Of a stretch of 35,222 nt of DNA, positions 10,701 to 21,753 are shown one piece after another. The notes beneath the pieces are model-generated. The model had not been told where the DNA came from, made no database searches, and saw nothing but the letters and a program-made list of their open reading frames with translations. The position numbers and the translations under genes were made by a program. Within the stretch, counting starts at the first letter, position 1; each line of letters starts with the position of its first letter. This stretch comes from Phoronis australis. Its lineage: Eukaryota > Animalia > Phoronida. The stretch is from positions 1 through 35,222 of the forward strand of contig NMRA01000489.1 in NCBI GenBank assembly GCA_002633005.1, written 5' to 3'.

Positions 10701-12147
10701 CGTCTTCAGTTGACTGTAAAGTTACTGTGGTTGTCTGAAAGAGAAGAATATACATTTTAGTAACAGTTTATTTTTTTCACCGAAATGGTAAATTTGCTGT
10801 TTTGCATTGTATTAGGTTATGATTAACTGACAGGCAATGTAGAAAAATATATCCTACAGCATACAAAATTGATCCATGCGGGTTCTGACAGCCAGGGTAG
10901 TTTAACTTGGAAATAGGGATATCTTTAATTAACAGTTTTGGACTGGGGCATTTATTCAAACCTGTATGGCTGTCATCATGGGGCCACTAGCAACACAAAT
11001 CAGCACAAAACTATCGGTACTTATAAGCCCAAAAATACACCAGCAATGTAAGAAACCCCAATATAACAAAATAGTGTGCACAGTTTTGGTACCAACAAAA
11101 CAAAATAAAAGTACACCATAATTAATAGAACACACAGTTGGAGATTATAATCTGTATCTAATCTGGAGAGAAAGTGAAAACTGACTGAGTACTGAGCTAA
11201 GTGGATAGTGTTATTAACTACAAATGTCTAGTTGTGACGAAATCTTTGATATGAGAGTTTTAACACTACCAAAGAATAATTGCATGTATTCCAACTCACC
11301 TTCACTGGGTTCATATAGGCCAAATTTCCAATTGCTCTTTGACAGCCTTGTAGTTGACTGACATTTCCACTTCAAAATCTTTTCCTGGGTTTGATGCTGC
11401 CTCGTAATTTTCTACAAAGCCATGGATATTACCCCCAGTGCCTTTTTGAATTACTTCACCCACGGAGACACTCCGATAAATGCTCATATTTTCTTTGCTT
11501 GCCTGTGCGGTATGTGAGGAGAGCAGAGGGCCCCACTTTTCCAGACACTCAAAAAAATCTGACAATGTTTATAAAAAATATTCAGATCTTCAATTTTTTC
11601 ATATTCTAAGTGGGTGTAAATTGAGCTTGACCTAAATGAAAATAAGGTTTTATTCGAAATAGTTTCAAAATTCCTTTTTAATATTAAAATTCCTTTTTAA
11701 TATTGAATCTCTGTGTGAGTCCGTGTGTGTGAGTAAACTCTTTGTGTGAGTAGATAAATTGTATACATGTGAAATTATTTATTTTGAATGAAAATGATTT
11801 ATTTATATTCATTACCATTTCATTGTAATCCTAACATTTTATTCATGTATTTGTGTATAATTTTTATATTTCTTTATATATGCCTGTTGGCACTTTCTGT
11901 GACAATATCATTATAAACATTAAAAAATTCTTTTACTGCAGTTTCATCTCCACAGTCCATTGCACAAAAAAGTCTTAACCGTTGACGTCCAGCTGATCAA
12001 ATTTTGGTAGCCGCGCGCTTTTGTCTTTCGTATCTTCTTTGTAGAAGAGTGTCTGGGAATCCCTGCACTCCAAAAATAGAATCATGATTTTCGACAACAG
12101 ATGTCCTTGCTGCATACCTGGATTGGCTCGTTGACATTGTCCCGCTC
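7760..12147 (-). pseudogene. Multi-exon Mutator/MULE transposase pseudogene of the CARF-related type
   Basis: GT-AG exons with mostly compatible phases: 12147-11980 (ATG 12137), 11547-11300, 11162-11136, 10986-10781, 10734-10611, 10391-10218, 9971-9714, 9629-9400, 9262-9068, 9013-8848, then ~8812-8041. The catalytic core reads ID-T..TTLYAHPLFLVCVTTNAGYEV / VLENENTASLQNALSVLRQHNEESNPRCFVVDASEIETPAIKTV (Asp codons at 8265-8263 and 8094-8092). N-terminal pieces GFVENHEAA..KDFE, VGSKVMEYHQ and QEVVAFPGYK resemble the CARF-like domain. Many stops and frameshifts. Confidence 0.8.
8229..8840. repeat. ~305-bp direct duplication flanking the single N at 8534 (probable false duplication at a contig join)
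   Basis: 8229-8533 and 8535-~8840 are colinear with scattered substitutions, and the second copy starts exactly at the N. Confidence 0.8.
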
Positions 12148-12899
12148 CTGAAAACGGAGCATTTTATTTTATTAGTTTTCCTTTTCTTTGTTAACACCTT
12201 AATTGTTACAGGGAATATTTATTGTCGTAGTTTAAAGGATTTTAGACTTTTTATGCCAGCTTCACCAGTGTTTCTTCTAACCTGGCTCGCTGGTTCCCTG
12301 CGTGCTTAGCCCAGCCAGCACGCCGGTATCACCTAGTGGCACGTGCTTTAGCATTGGTCGATGTAATCTTGGCAGTCATTGGTTAGCTTTACAACACCGT
12401 GAAAAAATGGCGGACTGTGAACGATTTTTAGCCTTCGTTTCTGAAGTGATGTNCTCTGTTGTGCGCAACATATTCGGTAGACTGTTCCAGACCCGAGTGT
12501 CCTCGAAGCGAAAAGATTTTTTACCGTAGGGCTATTGGTTCCTAGTTCGGACACATGAGATTTAACTTGAGGAATATCTAAAAGGTTGCTGTAGCGGAAG
12601 GAGTAAATGTTTTATTGCTTCTTTATAAGTTAAAGAAGTGTCTTAGGTGATTCGCCATAAAGGATTTTAAATAGTTCTATTGCAATAAGTCGAAGTCTGT
12701 GTGTAGATGAAGGGGTGGTTTGTTAGCTAGTGAGACTAGTCGGGCCTAGTTCGTTTTCGGTCGTTGATGTAAACAAAACGTAGGGCTCTGAGTTGAAGTT
12801 TTTCTAGTTTGAGTGTTTTTTCTTTGGAGCAAAAATGCCATGAGAGGGGACAGTTGTTGAAATTTGAAAGGATGAAGGAGACTCAGGGGCTATATACGT

Positions 12900-14270
12900 A
12901 TGCATATGCAGGTCTTGTGCCGATTAATCCACCGAAATCTTTTGTGAGCAACAAAGGACACTTCGCTTTGTAATACGCGGCGCTTTTGAGTTTTACTCAT
13001 CACCAGGCTCCCGGCTGCGGTATGTGACTTATAAACAGTTGAAAGGTCAACATTTAATAAATCTAACAGTTCAAAACAACCACGTTGTACGCTTTTGAGC
13101 TAAATAATTATAATTTTATCCACTGCATAAGTTTTAGAACAAAATGAAAATCATTTTCTCCAATTTGACGTTTAAAGTTAGTCAAGTAAAAAAAAACGGG
13201 CCTTCTGGTTCTCGGGTGAAGCATCATCATACTAGCTGCCTTTTTGCGGCAAAGCTGTATACTTAATATACAGCTTTGCGCCGATGTGGGTAAAAAACTG
13301 AACATGTAAAATCTTCACCCGGCGAATTTGTGTTATTAACGACACTCTTCCTTGAGTAAACTAAATTATTTCATCGGCGCTCAAGAAAAATTGTCGTTCT
13401 GTCGTTATTCTGCGTTCTCTTAAGTCGGCTTACATTGGCCGGTTCTTTTCCCCCCCGGCCGATTCTTCAGTCAACTGTTCTTCTACAAGGTTGCGTACCT
13501 GGCACAACAAATTATCTAAACTGGTTTCATTTCGTTATAAGTTTTTAGTATACCAGCAAATCAAATTTCAGAACAATTCTTGTTGCCGCGAAGTTGTCGT
13601 CATCTTCCAAAAGATGTCGCAAAATTTTTCTGAGGAAATGGNTCTTCCTTGAGTAAACTAAATTATTTCATCGGCGCTCGAGAGAAATTGTCGTTCTGTC
13701 GTTATTCTGCGTTCTCTTCAAGAGACTTAGTAAGTCGGCTTACATTGGCCGGTTCCTTTTCCCCCGATTCTTCAGTCAACTGTCCTTCTACAAGGTTGCG
13801 TACCTGGCACAACAAATTATCGAAACTGGTTTCATTTCTTTATAAGTTTTCAGTACTTTAATACCAGCAAACCGAATTTCATAACAAACCTTGTTGCCGC
13901 CAAGTTGTCATCATCTTTCGAAAGATGTCTCAAAATTTTTCTGAGGAAATGGCGCGTGCACATGTCACTTATTATTACAACAGTTCATTAGATTGTTTTT
14001 CACTCAAGCGGTTGCAAACTGCGAGGTGAGTGTTGGTTGACGCCTAGATTTTGCATGCACCTGCATCGGTCGCGCGCTCTACTACATGTTGATGTAAGTT
14101 CCACGACGAGGTGACGAGCAGAACTACCCGGACTGTGGGCAATGTCGGGGATGTAACGGAGCTCAATAACGCAAGGCTGTCAAGCTTTATTTTGGCGATA
14201 GTCTTTACACAGCTATCTGACCGGTTACGTCATAACCCGCAGTATCACACAAAGGCCTTAACTACTCAGT
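12900..14270 (-). pseudogene. Highly decayed second MULE-like (NOF/FB-type) transposase remnant
   Basis: One - strand frame reads HVVERATDAGACKI*ASTNTHLAVCNRLSEKQSNELL***SDMCTRHFLRKILRHLSKDD. The TD...CxxH spacing fits a MULE core. Downstream similarity is weak. Confidence 0.35.
13346..13952. repeat. ~300-bp direct duplication flanking the single N at 13642 (probable false duplication)
   Basis: 13346-13641 and 13643-13952 are colinear with substitutions and small indels, and the junction is the N. Confidence 0.8.
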
Positions 14271-14309
14271 CCCCGGCGGTCCTGTTTTGTGGTGNNNNNN
14301 NNNNNNNNN

Positions 14310-14443
14310 AGTGCAGTAGTCTCGACGATGTTGTCTGATATGTTCAACCGCTTACTTAAATGTAACTGACCACCATTGTGTCAAGAACCGGAAACTCTTT
14401 ATTGTTGTGCTCCGATGAACAATACAATACGAACATATAAACA
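14310..14443 (-). repeat. 3' LTR (outer ~19 bp lost in N gap)
   Basis: Matches 18523-18656 with 4 mismatches in 134 bp. AATAAA on the - strand at 14398-14403. Confidence 0.95.
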
Positions 14444-14453
14444 TCCCCCCCTT
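14444..14453 (-). promoter_or_regulatory. Polypurine tract (PPT)
   Basis: AAGGGGGGGA immediately before the TGT of the 3' LTR on the - strand. Confidence 0.9.
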
Positions 14454-14571
14454 ACTTAAAACCTCTTTCAACTAAACCTCTAAAGTCCTAATTTGTAAAC
14501 AAATCGTACTGTACGAAAAGTCTTTCCACTACCCTAGTAAACTAACTAACTAACTAACTAACTTCAGTGAA

Positions 14572-17500
14572 CTAGTGCGTCTCATAGTCTTCCAGATATT
14601 TTGGTGGGTTAACCACTCTTCCCGCCCGTGTTACAATTCGAAACCTTTCTGGAGATTTTAGCGACGGTGACAGAGGTTCCGGTGTACTGGTGTCCCTAGT
14701 TGCGTGCATATCCGACGGTACAGTTAACTCAGGAGTAGGAACTTTGACAGGTTCGTGATACGGACGAAGGTCATGTCGGTCGCGACGAAGTAAGTCCTGA
14801 CCGCACTCAACTGAATAAGACCTATTGGTCAGCTGCTTATGTACTTTTGCATCTTTCCATTGTGTGCGATGAGAGTTAAAGTCCCTAACTAGGACTGGTG
14901 TTCCTTCCTCAATGGGTTCAAGAGGTCTAGTGTTCTTGTTGTAAGACTTAGCTACTTGTTTTCTCCGCTTCTCTTTTTCTTCTCTGTTTCTTAGAGAACG
15001 GCCATCTATTTTCAACAAGGACGACAACGGTGTTCTCGTGGATCTGCCCAACAACCGCTCCATGGGGCTCGTTGACAAGGTAGCTGTAGGAGTATTACGG
15101 TATTCTAGTAAGGCTAACTGGGGATCACTAGACCTCTTCAGTAATCTTTTCGCAATTTTGACCGCCGATTCTGCTTTTTCCATTAGAGCGGTGGTGGTGC
15201 GGTGACGACGAAGTGTGATGAAAGCTCCACGCTTTGCTGAACTCAGCAAACTCTCTGGACGTGAACTGGGCTGCATTGTCGCTTTGCAGGAAATGTGGAA
15301 CTCCTAAACGCGCAAATACACGTTTCAACGTGTTCACCGTGGTACTCGCAGTAGTATCTTCCAGCTTTTCCAACTCTAGATAATCTGAATGATAGTTCAC
15401 TATCATCAAGTAATCAACACCCGCATGTGACATAAGATCGACCCCAACTTTAATCCATGGCTGATCCGGGATCGAGTGTTGGAGTAGCTCATCTGCGGAG
15501 TTGCGTGGAGCATCTCTTTGACACGAGTCACATTGTTCGATGGTGCGATGTATGTCTTTAGTTATACCGGGCCAAAAGATTGTTCGTCGAGCTCGTCGCA
15601 GTGTTGAAGCTAGCCCCTGATGGCTGGCGTGTAGCAGACTCAACATGTGATTTCGCAAAGATTTCGGAATCACAATCTGATTCCCCTTGATCACCAAACC
15701 ATGATCTATAGCTAGTTCGTTCCGAACTGACCTGAATGGTGCCAAGTCATCAGTGGACTGCCGCCAATCCGAGGCGATGCTTTGGCATAAGTTTTGAAGT
15801 TCTTCGTCGTCCTTTGTATGTTTGCGCACCAACTCTAGCATCGGATCTGCAAGTGGCGGATCAGTGGTGATCGTGGCTTTTTCAATGAACGAAAAAACAT
15901 GGTCGTAATCCATGTCTATCGACGTTTCAGGAAGGGGATTTCTCGACAACTTGTCGGCCGTTATTTGTTCTGCCCCTGGTCGCCATTCGATTGTGAATGT
16001 ATATCTTTGAAGAGTCAGGATCATAGCTTGCAAGCGTCTCGGTGCCAGTAACAATGATCTGTTGAGTATGGACACCAACGGCTGATGATCTGTCTGAATT
16101 GTGAGGTCCGCGTGGCCAAACAAAAACTGGTCAAATTTTCTTGTTGCAAAAACAATTGCTAGACACTCGAGCTCAATCGGGACATATCTTTTTTCTGCGT
16201 CAGTTAGAGAACGAGATGCATAAGCTATGGGACGGCCTTCTTGTATAAGAACTGCCCCCAGGCCAGCTGTGCTTGCATCTGTTTGAATTACTGTTGTGGT
16301 TTCCGACTGTCATAATACTCCAGCACCTTGTCGATACTTATTTCGTTTACCAACTTTTCATACGCTTGTTGCTGGTCAGTTCCCCACACAAAACTAGCTT
16401 TCAGAGCTTGTAGAAGACGACGGAGTGGTTCGCACTCAGCCGATAAGTTCGGAATGAACTTAGACATGTAATTAACATGTCCCAGAAATTGGCGTACTTG
16501 GTCAACATCTTTGGGTGGGGGCATTTCACGAATGGCCTTGACCTTCTCCGGATCCGGCTTGACGCCATTTGCGGTCAATACATGCCCAATATAGGGGAGT
16601 TCTTCCTTTAAGAAGACACATTTCCTTCTGTTAAGTTTAAGACCCGACTCTCGAGGGCGCAGTAGCAGTAGCTTTAAATTTTGATCATGGTCCGCACGGT
16701 CACCACCATAAATGAGTATGTCGTCTGCAACGACCGTTACCCCCTTTAAGCCATGTAGAACCTGGGTAAGTCGCCTCTGAAATTCTTGTGGGGACGTCGA
16801 AAGACCGAAAGGCATTCGCAGCCACTTGTACCGCCCTCCTGGTCCCCAGAATGTGGTAAGCTCCGCTGACCTGTCACTAAGGCACATTTGCAGAAATCCG
16901 TCGCGAGCATCACATAGAGAAAAATGTTTTGCTCCTGCGAGTTCAGGCAAAACATCTTCGATACAGGGCATAGTGAAATGGTTGCGTTTTACAGCTGAAT
17001 TCAGATTTTTGGGGTCTAGGCACAAACGTATCTGACCATTCGCTTTTCGGACCGGTTGGGCGTGACTGATCCATTCGATAGGATGGTTTACCTTAACTAT
17101 AATGCCACTCTCCTCCAACTCTTCGAGTTTCTTTTGAACGTCGGCTTTCATAGACAAAGGAATTTTGCGAGGTTTAACCTGGACCGGTCGTACCTGCTCA
17201 TCTAACTCTATGTGGTATTCCCCAGGAAGCGTCCCGAGGCCGGTAAACACATCTGAGAATTCTTCCAGAAGGGCATCCAAATCTTCCTGAACTAGACTGA
17301 CGCTTTCGCTCACTGTGATGAGACCATAGTCGACACACAATTTGCCCGATAGCAAACTGGGGTGTTTGGTATCTACCACCAAACACTGAAACTCTCGGTC
17401 ACTCCCATAAACTGTAGTGCGCAGCTTGCAGGCCCCCAACGGTTTTAGTTTCGTGTTATTGTACACTTCAATGGTGTGCAGAGTTCATATCAACGCTGGG

Positions 17501-17640
17501 CTTCCCAATGTTTCATAGTCGGCATAGGCTAGAGTGTTAGTAGTTGCTCCCAAATCCAATTGGAATTTTAAGCTTGTTTTGCCCTCTCGGCACTGTATGG
17601 GCAAGTGCGCAAACCATTTGCGACCACAACTGGATTGTGA
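14572..17640 (-). pseudogene. pol: pol pseudogene (protease, RT, RNase H, integrase)
   Basis: Protease FQLDLGAT (degenerate DTG). RT motifs LDPKNLN, DARDGF, RMPFGL and VADDIL. RNase H motifs QTDAS..ELECLAI..TDHQPL. Integrase motifs HASHQG..CDSC, VDL, SDNAAQF and KAESAVK. Stop at 17485 and frameshifts near 16295 and 15178. Confidence 0.95.
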
Positions 17641-18485
17641 AACGTTAATCAGGTAGGCTTCCTCATCGGAGGACGCAGAAAAATTTTCTGTGTCTGACTG
17701 GAGAAAATGATTCGTCTGATCATTACTTTGTTTTGCGCTGCGGCAACAGGCGGCGTAGTGGTTACGGAGGTTACAGTTTGGCACGTTTTACGGTATGCCG
17801 GGCAACGTCGGGGCGCATGATTAGTTGCACAATTGCCACACACTTGTGGTTGCTGAGTTGATGATCCTTTCTTAGGTTTTGCATAGGTTTTAAACGCATT
17901 CTTAGGTTTTGCATAGGTTTTAATCGCATTTACCGCTTCATCCTTGCGGACACTTTTCAGGTCTAAAGCCGCGGCCTCATCTGCGCGACATATTCTTAAC
18001 GCCTGATCCAATGTAATGGCTAACTCTTCAAAAAGTTTTCTTCTCGTTCGTTCATTGTCGATACCCAATAGCAATGCTTGTAGTATCATGCGGTCGTACA
18101 TCTCAGAGGGGAACGTGCAGTCACGCGCAATCGCGTGCCGTTCAGTTACGTAGTCGTCTATAGACCTACTGCCTTGACGTAAAGTGAGTAATTTATGTGT
18201 CTGGGCCACAAGGTTTATCCGCGGTTTACAAAACCCCGAAAGCTTTTCCAGTACCTTTGCTAGGTCTTCTTTGTCTGTTTCTGAGTCCCATTTGAAAGAG
18301 TCAAATATATCATTCCCATATTCACCTATTGTTCTCAGAAGCAGAGCCACTTTGACTTTGTCCGCTGTCTTGTCTTGGTTTGTGGCTGTCAAGAAAATTT
18401 CGAAATTCCTCCGAAATCTTTTCCATTGTTCCGGCAGGTTTCCACCCTGTTTCAAGGGTTCGGGCGCTAGAAACTTATCCGACAT
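17640..18485 (-). pseudogene. gag: gag with two CCHC knuckles (frameshift near 17783)
   Basis: MSDKFLAPEPL..WKRFRRNFEIFL..VALLLRTIG. Knuckles CGNCATNHAPRRC and C-PNCNLRNHYAACC are split across two frames. Confidence 0.93.
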
Positions 18486-18503
18486 TCCTCACTCGGGACA
18501 CCA
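18486..18503 (-). promoter_or_regulatory. Primer-binding site TGGTGTCCCGAGTGAGGA (resembles elongator tRNA-Met 3' end)
   Basis: Starts TGG directly after the CA of the 5' LTR and is followed immediately by the gag ATG. The tRNA identity is from recalled metazoan tRNA sequences. Confidence 0.8.
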
Positions 18504-18656
18504 TGTAAATTGTTCGTGTGTCAGTGCAGTAGTCTCGACGATGTTGTCTGATATGTTCAACCACTTACTTAAATGTAACTGACCACCATTGTGTCAAGAA
18601 CTGAAAACTGTTTATTGTTGTGCTCCGATGAACAATACAATACGAACATATAAACA
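18504..18656 (-). repeat. 5' LTR, 153 bp
   Basis: TG...CA termini with imperfect terminal inverted repeats (TGTAAATTGTTCGT / ACGAACATATAAACA). Direct repeat of 14310-14443. Confidence 0.95.
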
Positions 18657-19794
18657 CACTCAATGTCATAATCACTTATCATGTCCTAATCCATTCCTGA
18701 TCAAATTTTTTCACTTTATCTCACCATTTCCATTTAGGAACACTTATAAAAAGGTAACTTCAGTCATTTTTCAAGAACCATGTTGACCTTTCCAGGGTTC
18801 AAATTAAACTCGAACCTGATTGGTCAAATGTATTCAACAGAACCAGTCAAAACTTCTTTAAATTACAAAAAGTGGCCCAAACCTGGTAAAATATTCACTT
18901 TTACTACCTCGTGGGGGCGCTGTGATCAGTTTCATTTTTAGAAAATTGCATATTTCACCAAAATAAATGTTCAGTCAACGCTGCAGTGCATCAAAACATT
19001 TTTTAATACAAACATGCTCTTTTTGGATAGTCACCAACACATCACCTCTCAGTTTCTATATTATTTGATAGGAATGAAATTGATTTAAAATTTGTTGAAA
19101 TTTTAGGGTCAAAAATGTCTTGTCACAAGTCGAAAAAAAACTAAGTTGATGGTGAATTTTTCAATTTTTGTTGTTCTTGTTCGTGCAAAATATAATAATT
19201 TGTGGTTTGGTGTCTATGCCATGTTGTTAACCTACTTGCAAAGGACTCTCCATCTTGTTTTAAGAACACTGTGAGCTATGGATTCCCAAATATAGTTGTC
19301 TAAACTTGCCATTTTCTGTGGTCTGAAATTTCTGGGTGCCGTTTGCTGAAAAAAAGGCCATTTTTGAGGCTCTAAAATTCAAATAACGCTAGAACCGCTG
19401 AACCGATTTGAAAAATTCAAAAAGTTGTATAAACGGCATGTCTAAAGCTATCATTTAACACTCTTTCCAAGTGTTTCTGATGAAATTTGTATTTGGGTTT
19501 GCTCACCCCAACGATGGTCAGTGTCTAGGCAACAAGTAGCGCAGCCCCTCGGTTGGCCGGTCATCCTGGGCGATTAATTGCCTAACAAGCCCTAACATCA
19601 TCAGTCATGATGGCCAGTCTTAGTCTCTCAATAACTTTTTACACTCGCAGCATTTAGCGGAAGCTGACGCGGCTTGACATGTGACTTATTTTAATTTAAA
19701 AACAAGTCACAAACTCGTTTTCAGTTCCCGGCGTCGTTCGCGGCCTTCTCCTTGAAACCACAGGCGTCCTCAGCTTCTGATGGTCCACAATACA

Positions 19795-21000
19795 CGACAT
19801 AACGAGCTGCAGGTCGCATATGCGACCTGAAATTTGGAAATGCGAGCTGAGATTTTTGTCAGCTCGTATCAAGTCGCAAAATGCGACCTGGAATTTCCAA
19901 CGAATGCGAGCTGAGTTTTTACACTTCTCAACAGATACCTGGCAAATACAAAGCAGCTCTTGTTAATCCGACCGTTATTTGGTTGTTGCCAAATCCAAGT
20001 TCAAAAGAACACTAACCGACAACAGCCCTCCCGATGACTTGTAAGTAAGTATGCAGAATCAATCTTTGACACGTTTCATTGGCTAACACTCGGCCATTTT
20101 TGTAAATTCCCGTATTCGTCGAAGAAAGTTTCGGGCCACTGCTTAACACATGATAAAACTTCACAAAACAACGGTGTTTCTATTAATTCTTAAGCGATCA
20201 ACTTACCAAACTTTGTGGTGGACAAAAATGTTTATTTTTCACATCCCCATGCACCAAATATCCATGACAATATCCCTGATATCGCACTGCGGTACCGTTA
20301 GCGCGCAAGCGGTCCCGGCAGACAATCATGACTTCGACTGAGACGTGCTTCTTTTTATCGTATTAAGACAGCCAAAGTGAAAATGACAACCTTATTAATC
20401 GCCAAACGACGGTCACGTCTTTTCTTTCAGTTGCCAAGAAATTCTCAAACCCTTTACTTGTTTCTGGGGCTATGTGCGCAAAATATGATTTGTCTTTCAC
20501 ACGTTGCCGACGTAAAGTGTAGGCTTACTCCAGCGATTCAAGTGCATGAACTCGCGTGCACACCACTTCAAAGAACAGTGACAGTCCTAAATGAAAGAGT
20601 ATACCGGATTGGCTCTGGTTTATTTGAAAATGAACTCAGATTCCCAGCGGTTATAAAAGACCCGATGTCCCGGAACCGATATAACCCAGAACTGACGTTT
20701 TCCTGTTCCGATGTTTCCCGAGGTCGATGTTCTGTAAATCCTGTATTCTATGCCCGTAGCCAGCTATTGCAACTAAACTGGCACTAGATGCGAAATTGTG
20801 GTTCAAGTTAGTGAACTTTTCATTCTTCTCTTTATACACATTTTCTCGATGATCTAAAAAAATTATTTTGGCGCGTAAAAATGGCGGGAAAATTTTGCGA
20901 CCTGGCATTTACGAATGCGAGCTGGATTTTGAAAATGCGACCTGGGATTTTGGCTAGGTCGCAAAATGCGACCTGGCGATTTTAATAGCGTCGAGCCCTG
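19795..21000. mobile_element. Non-autonomous DNA transposon (hAT-like) with subterminal ATGCGA(C/G)CTG arrays
   Basis: Four motif copies at each end (19820, 19840, 19881, 19904; 20895, 20915, 20935, 20967) and a 20-bp palindrome at 19810-19829. The right terminus is ...GCGTCGAGCCCTG (CAGGGC-type end). The left TIR is degenerate or lost. Confidence 0.65.
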
Positions 21001-21017
21001 TATAATACTATATTCCA

Positions 21018-21095
21018 TGGGGGCTCGAATTCATGACTTTGTGGACCTTTTGGTAAGAAAAAAGCGGGCGGACTAAAAAAAACTAACATGATAAT
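21018..21095 (-). mobile_element. Fragment of the 620-880 MITE family
   Basis: GGGGGCTCGAAT...GTGGACCTTTT...AAAAAGCGGGCGGACTAAAAAAA matches the reverse complement of ~790-855. Confidence 0.65.
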
Positions 21096-21164
21096 AAATA
21101 ATATGAAGCTACACAGGAGGATTTAAATAAGCTTCTAATCCAAATGTAGATAGTAGCCAGTTAC

Positions 21165-21412
21165 CATGTGCGCACACAGCCTTCAAAATGGCGAGGGGGG
21201 GCTCAAATTTCCGTCGATGTGGACCTTTTGCTGACAAAAAATTGGGAGGACTAAAAAAACGGGAGCACCACTGTGAATTGCGCGTTTGCGCATGTTTAAT
21301 GGACTTATGCCTCATTTTCTTTTTGTCTCTCTGAGCCGGACCTTTTTGCCCACTTTGCCAAATGGGGGGGCTCATTCGAGCCTCCCCCGAGCCCCCCCTG
21401 GGTGCGCGCATG
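21165..21412 (-). mobile_element. MITE, same family as 620-880
   Basis: TIRs CATGTGCGCACACAG / CTGGGTGCGCGCATG. The interior is colinear with the reverse complement of 620-880. Confidence 0.85.
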
Positions 21413-21520
21413 TATTCTATATAGTGTATTGTGGAGGATCAGAAGATGTTTGACGCCTGTGCTTGAAACTGGTTTGAAAGGAAAACCTGTCAGTGTCAAG
21501 TCTCAAAACAGCAAATGAAT

Positions 21521-21658
21521 CGTGGGCGGCGCACCATAGGGCTGTAGCCCCCCCACTTTTTTCAGTGATAGGCCGCACTTGGTCTATAGGCGGTACACCA
21601 CAGGGGGCTGAAGGGGCTTTACTGAGCCCCCACATTTTTCAGTGCTGCGCCACCCATG
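21521..21658. mobile_element. Short MITE with imperfect TIRs
   Basis: CGTGGGCGGCGCACC ... GCTGCGCCACCCATG, with internal GGGCTG(T/A)AG/AGCCCCC motifs. No TSD. Confidence 0.6.
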
Positions 21659-21753
21659 ATGATGCGCTGAAAAACTTAATTTTAGTAGGCTAATGAAGAT
21701 GGATGATTCATGCAATATGAAAATAGCAAATTTAAGCCTTGACTTGATATTGA

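Larger units (their letters stand above)
14310..18656 (-). mobile_element. Near full-length, disabled Ty3/Gypsy LTR retrotransposon (Mag-like)
   Basis: Two LTRs, PBS, PPT, gag with two zinc knuckles, and PR-RT-RH-IN order. The outer end of the 3' LTR falls in the N gap, so the TSD cannot be read. Confidence 0.97.

Noticed and set aside
3589-11735. ~530-bp direct repeats as LTRs or long direct repeats flanking the Gypsy pol
   Set aside because: They contain a spliced MULE exon and lack TG..CA ends, PBS, PPT and TIRs.
12408-12529. Divergent gene starting MADCERFLAF
   Set aside because: The ORF crosses an N join at 12453 and has no recognisable motif. AAAATGGCGG may only be a promoter-type motif.
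14538-14563. (AACT)n run as a separate element
   Set aside because: It is a simple microsatellite inside the Gypsy 3' UTR.
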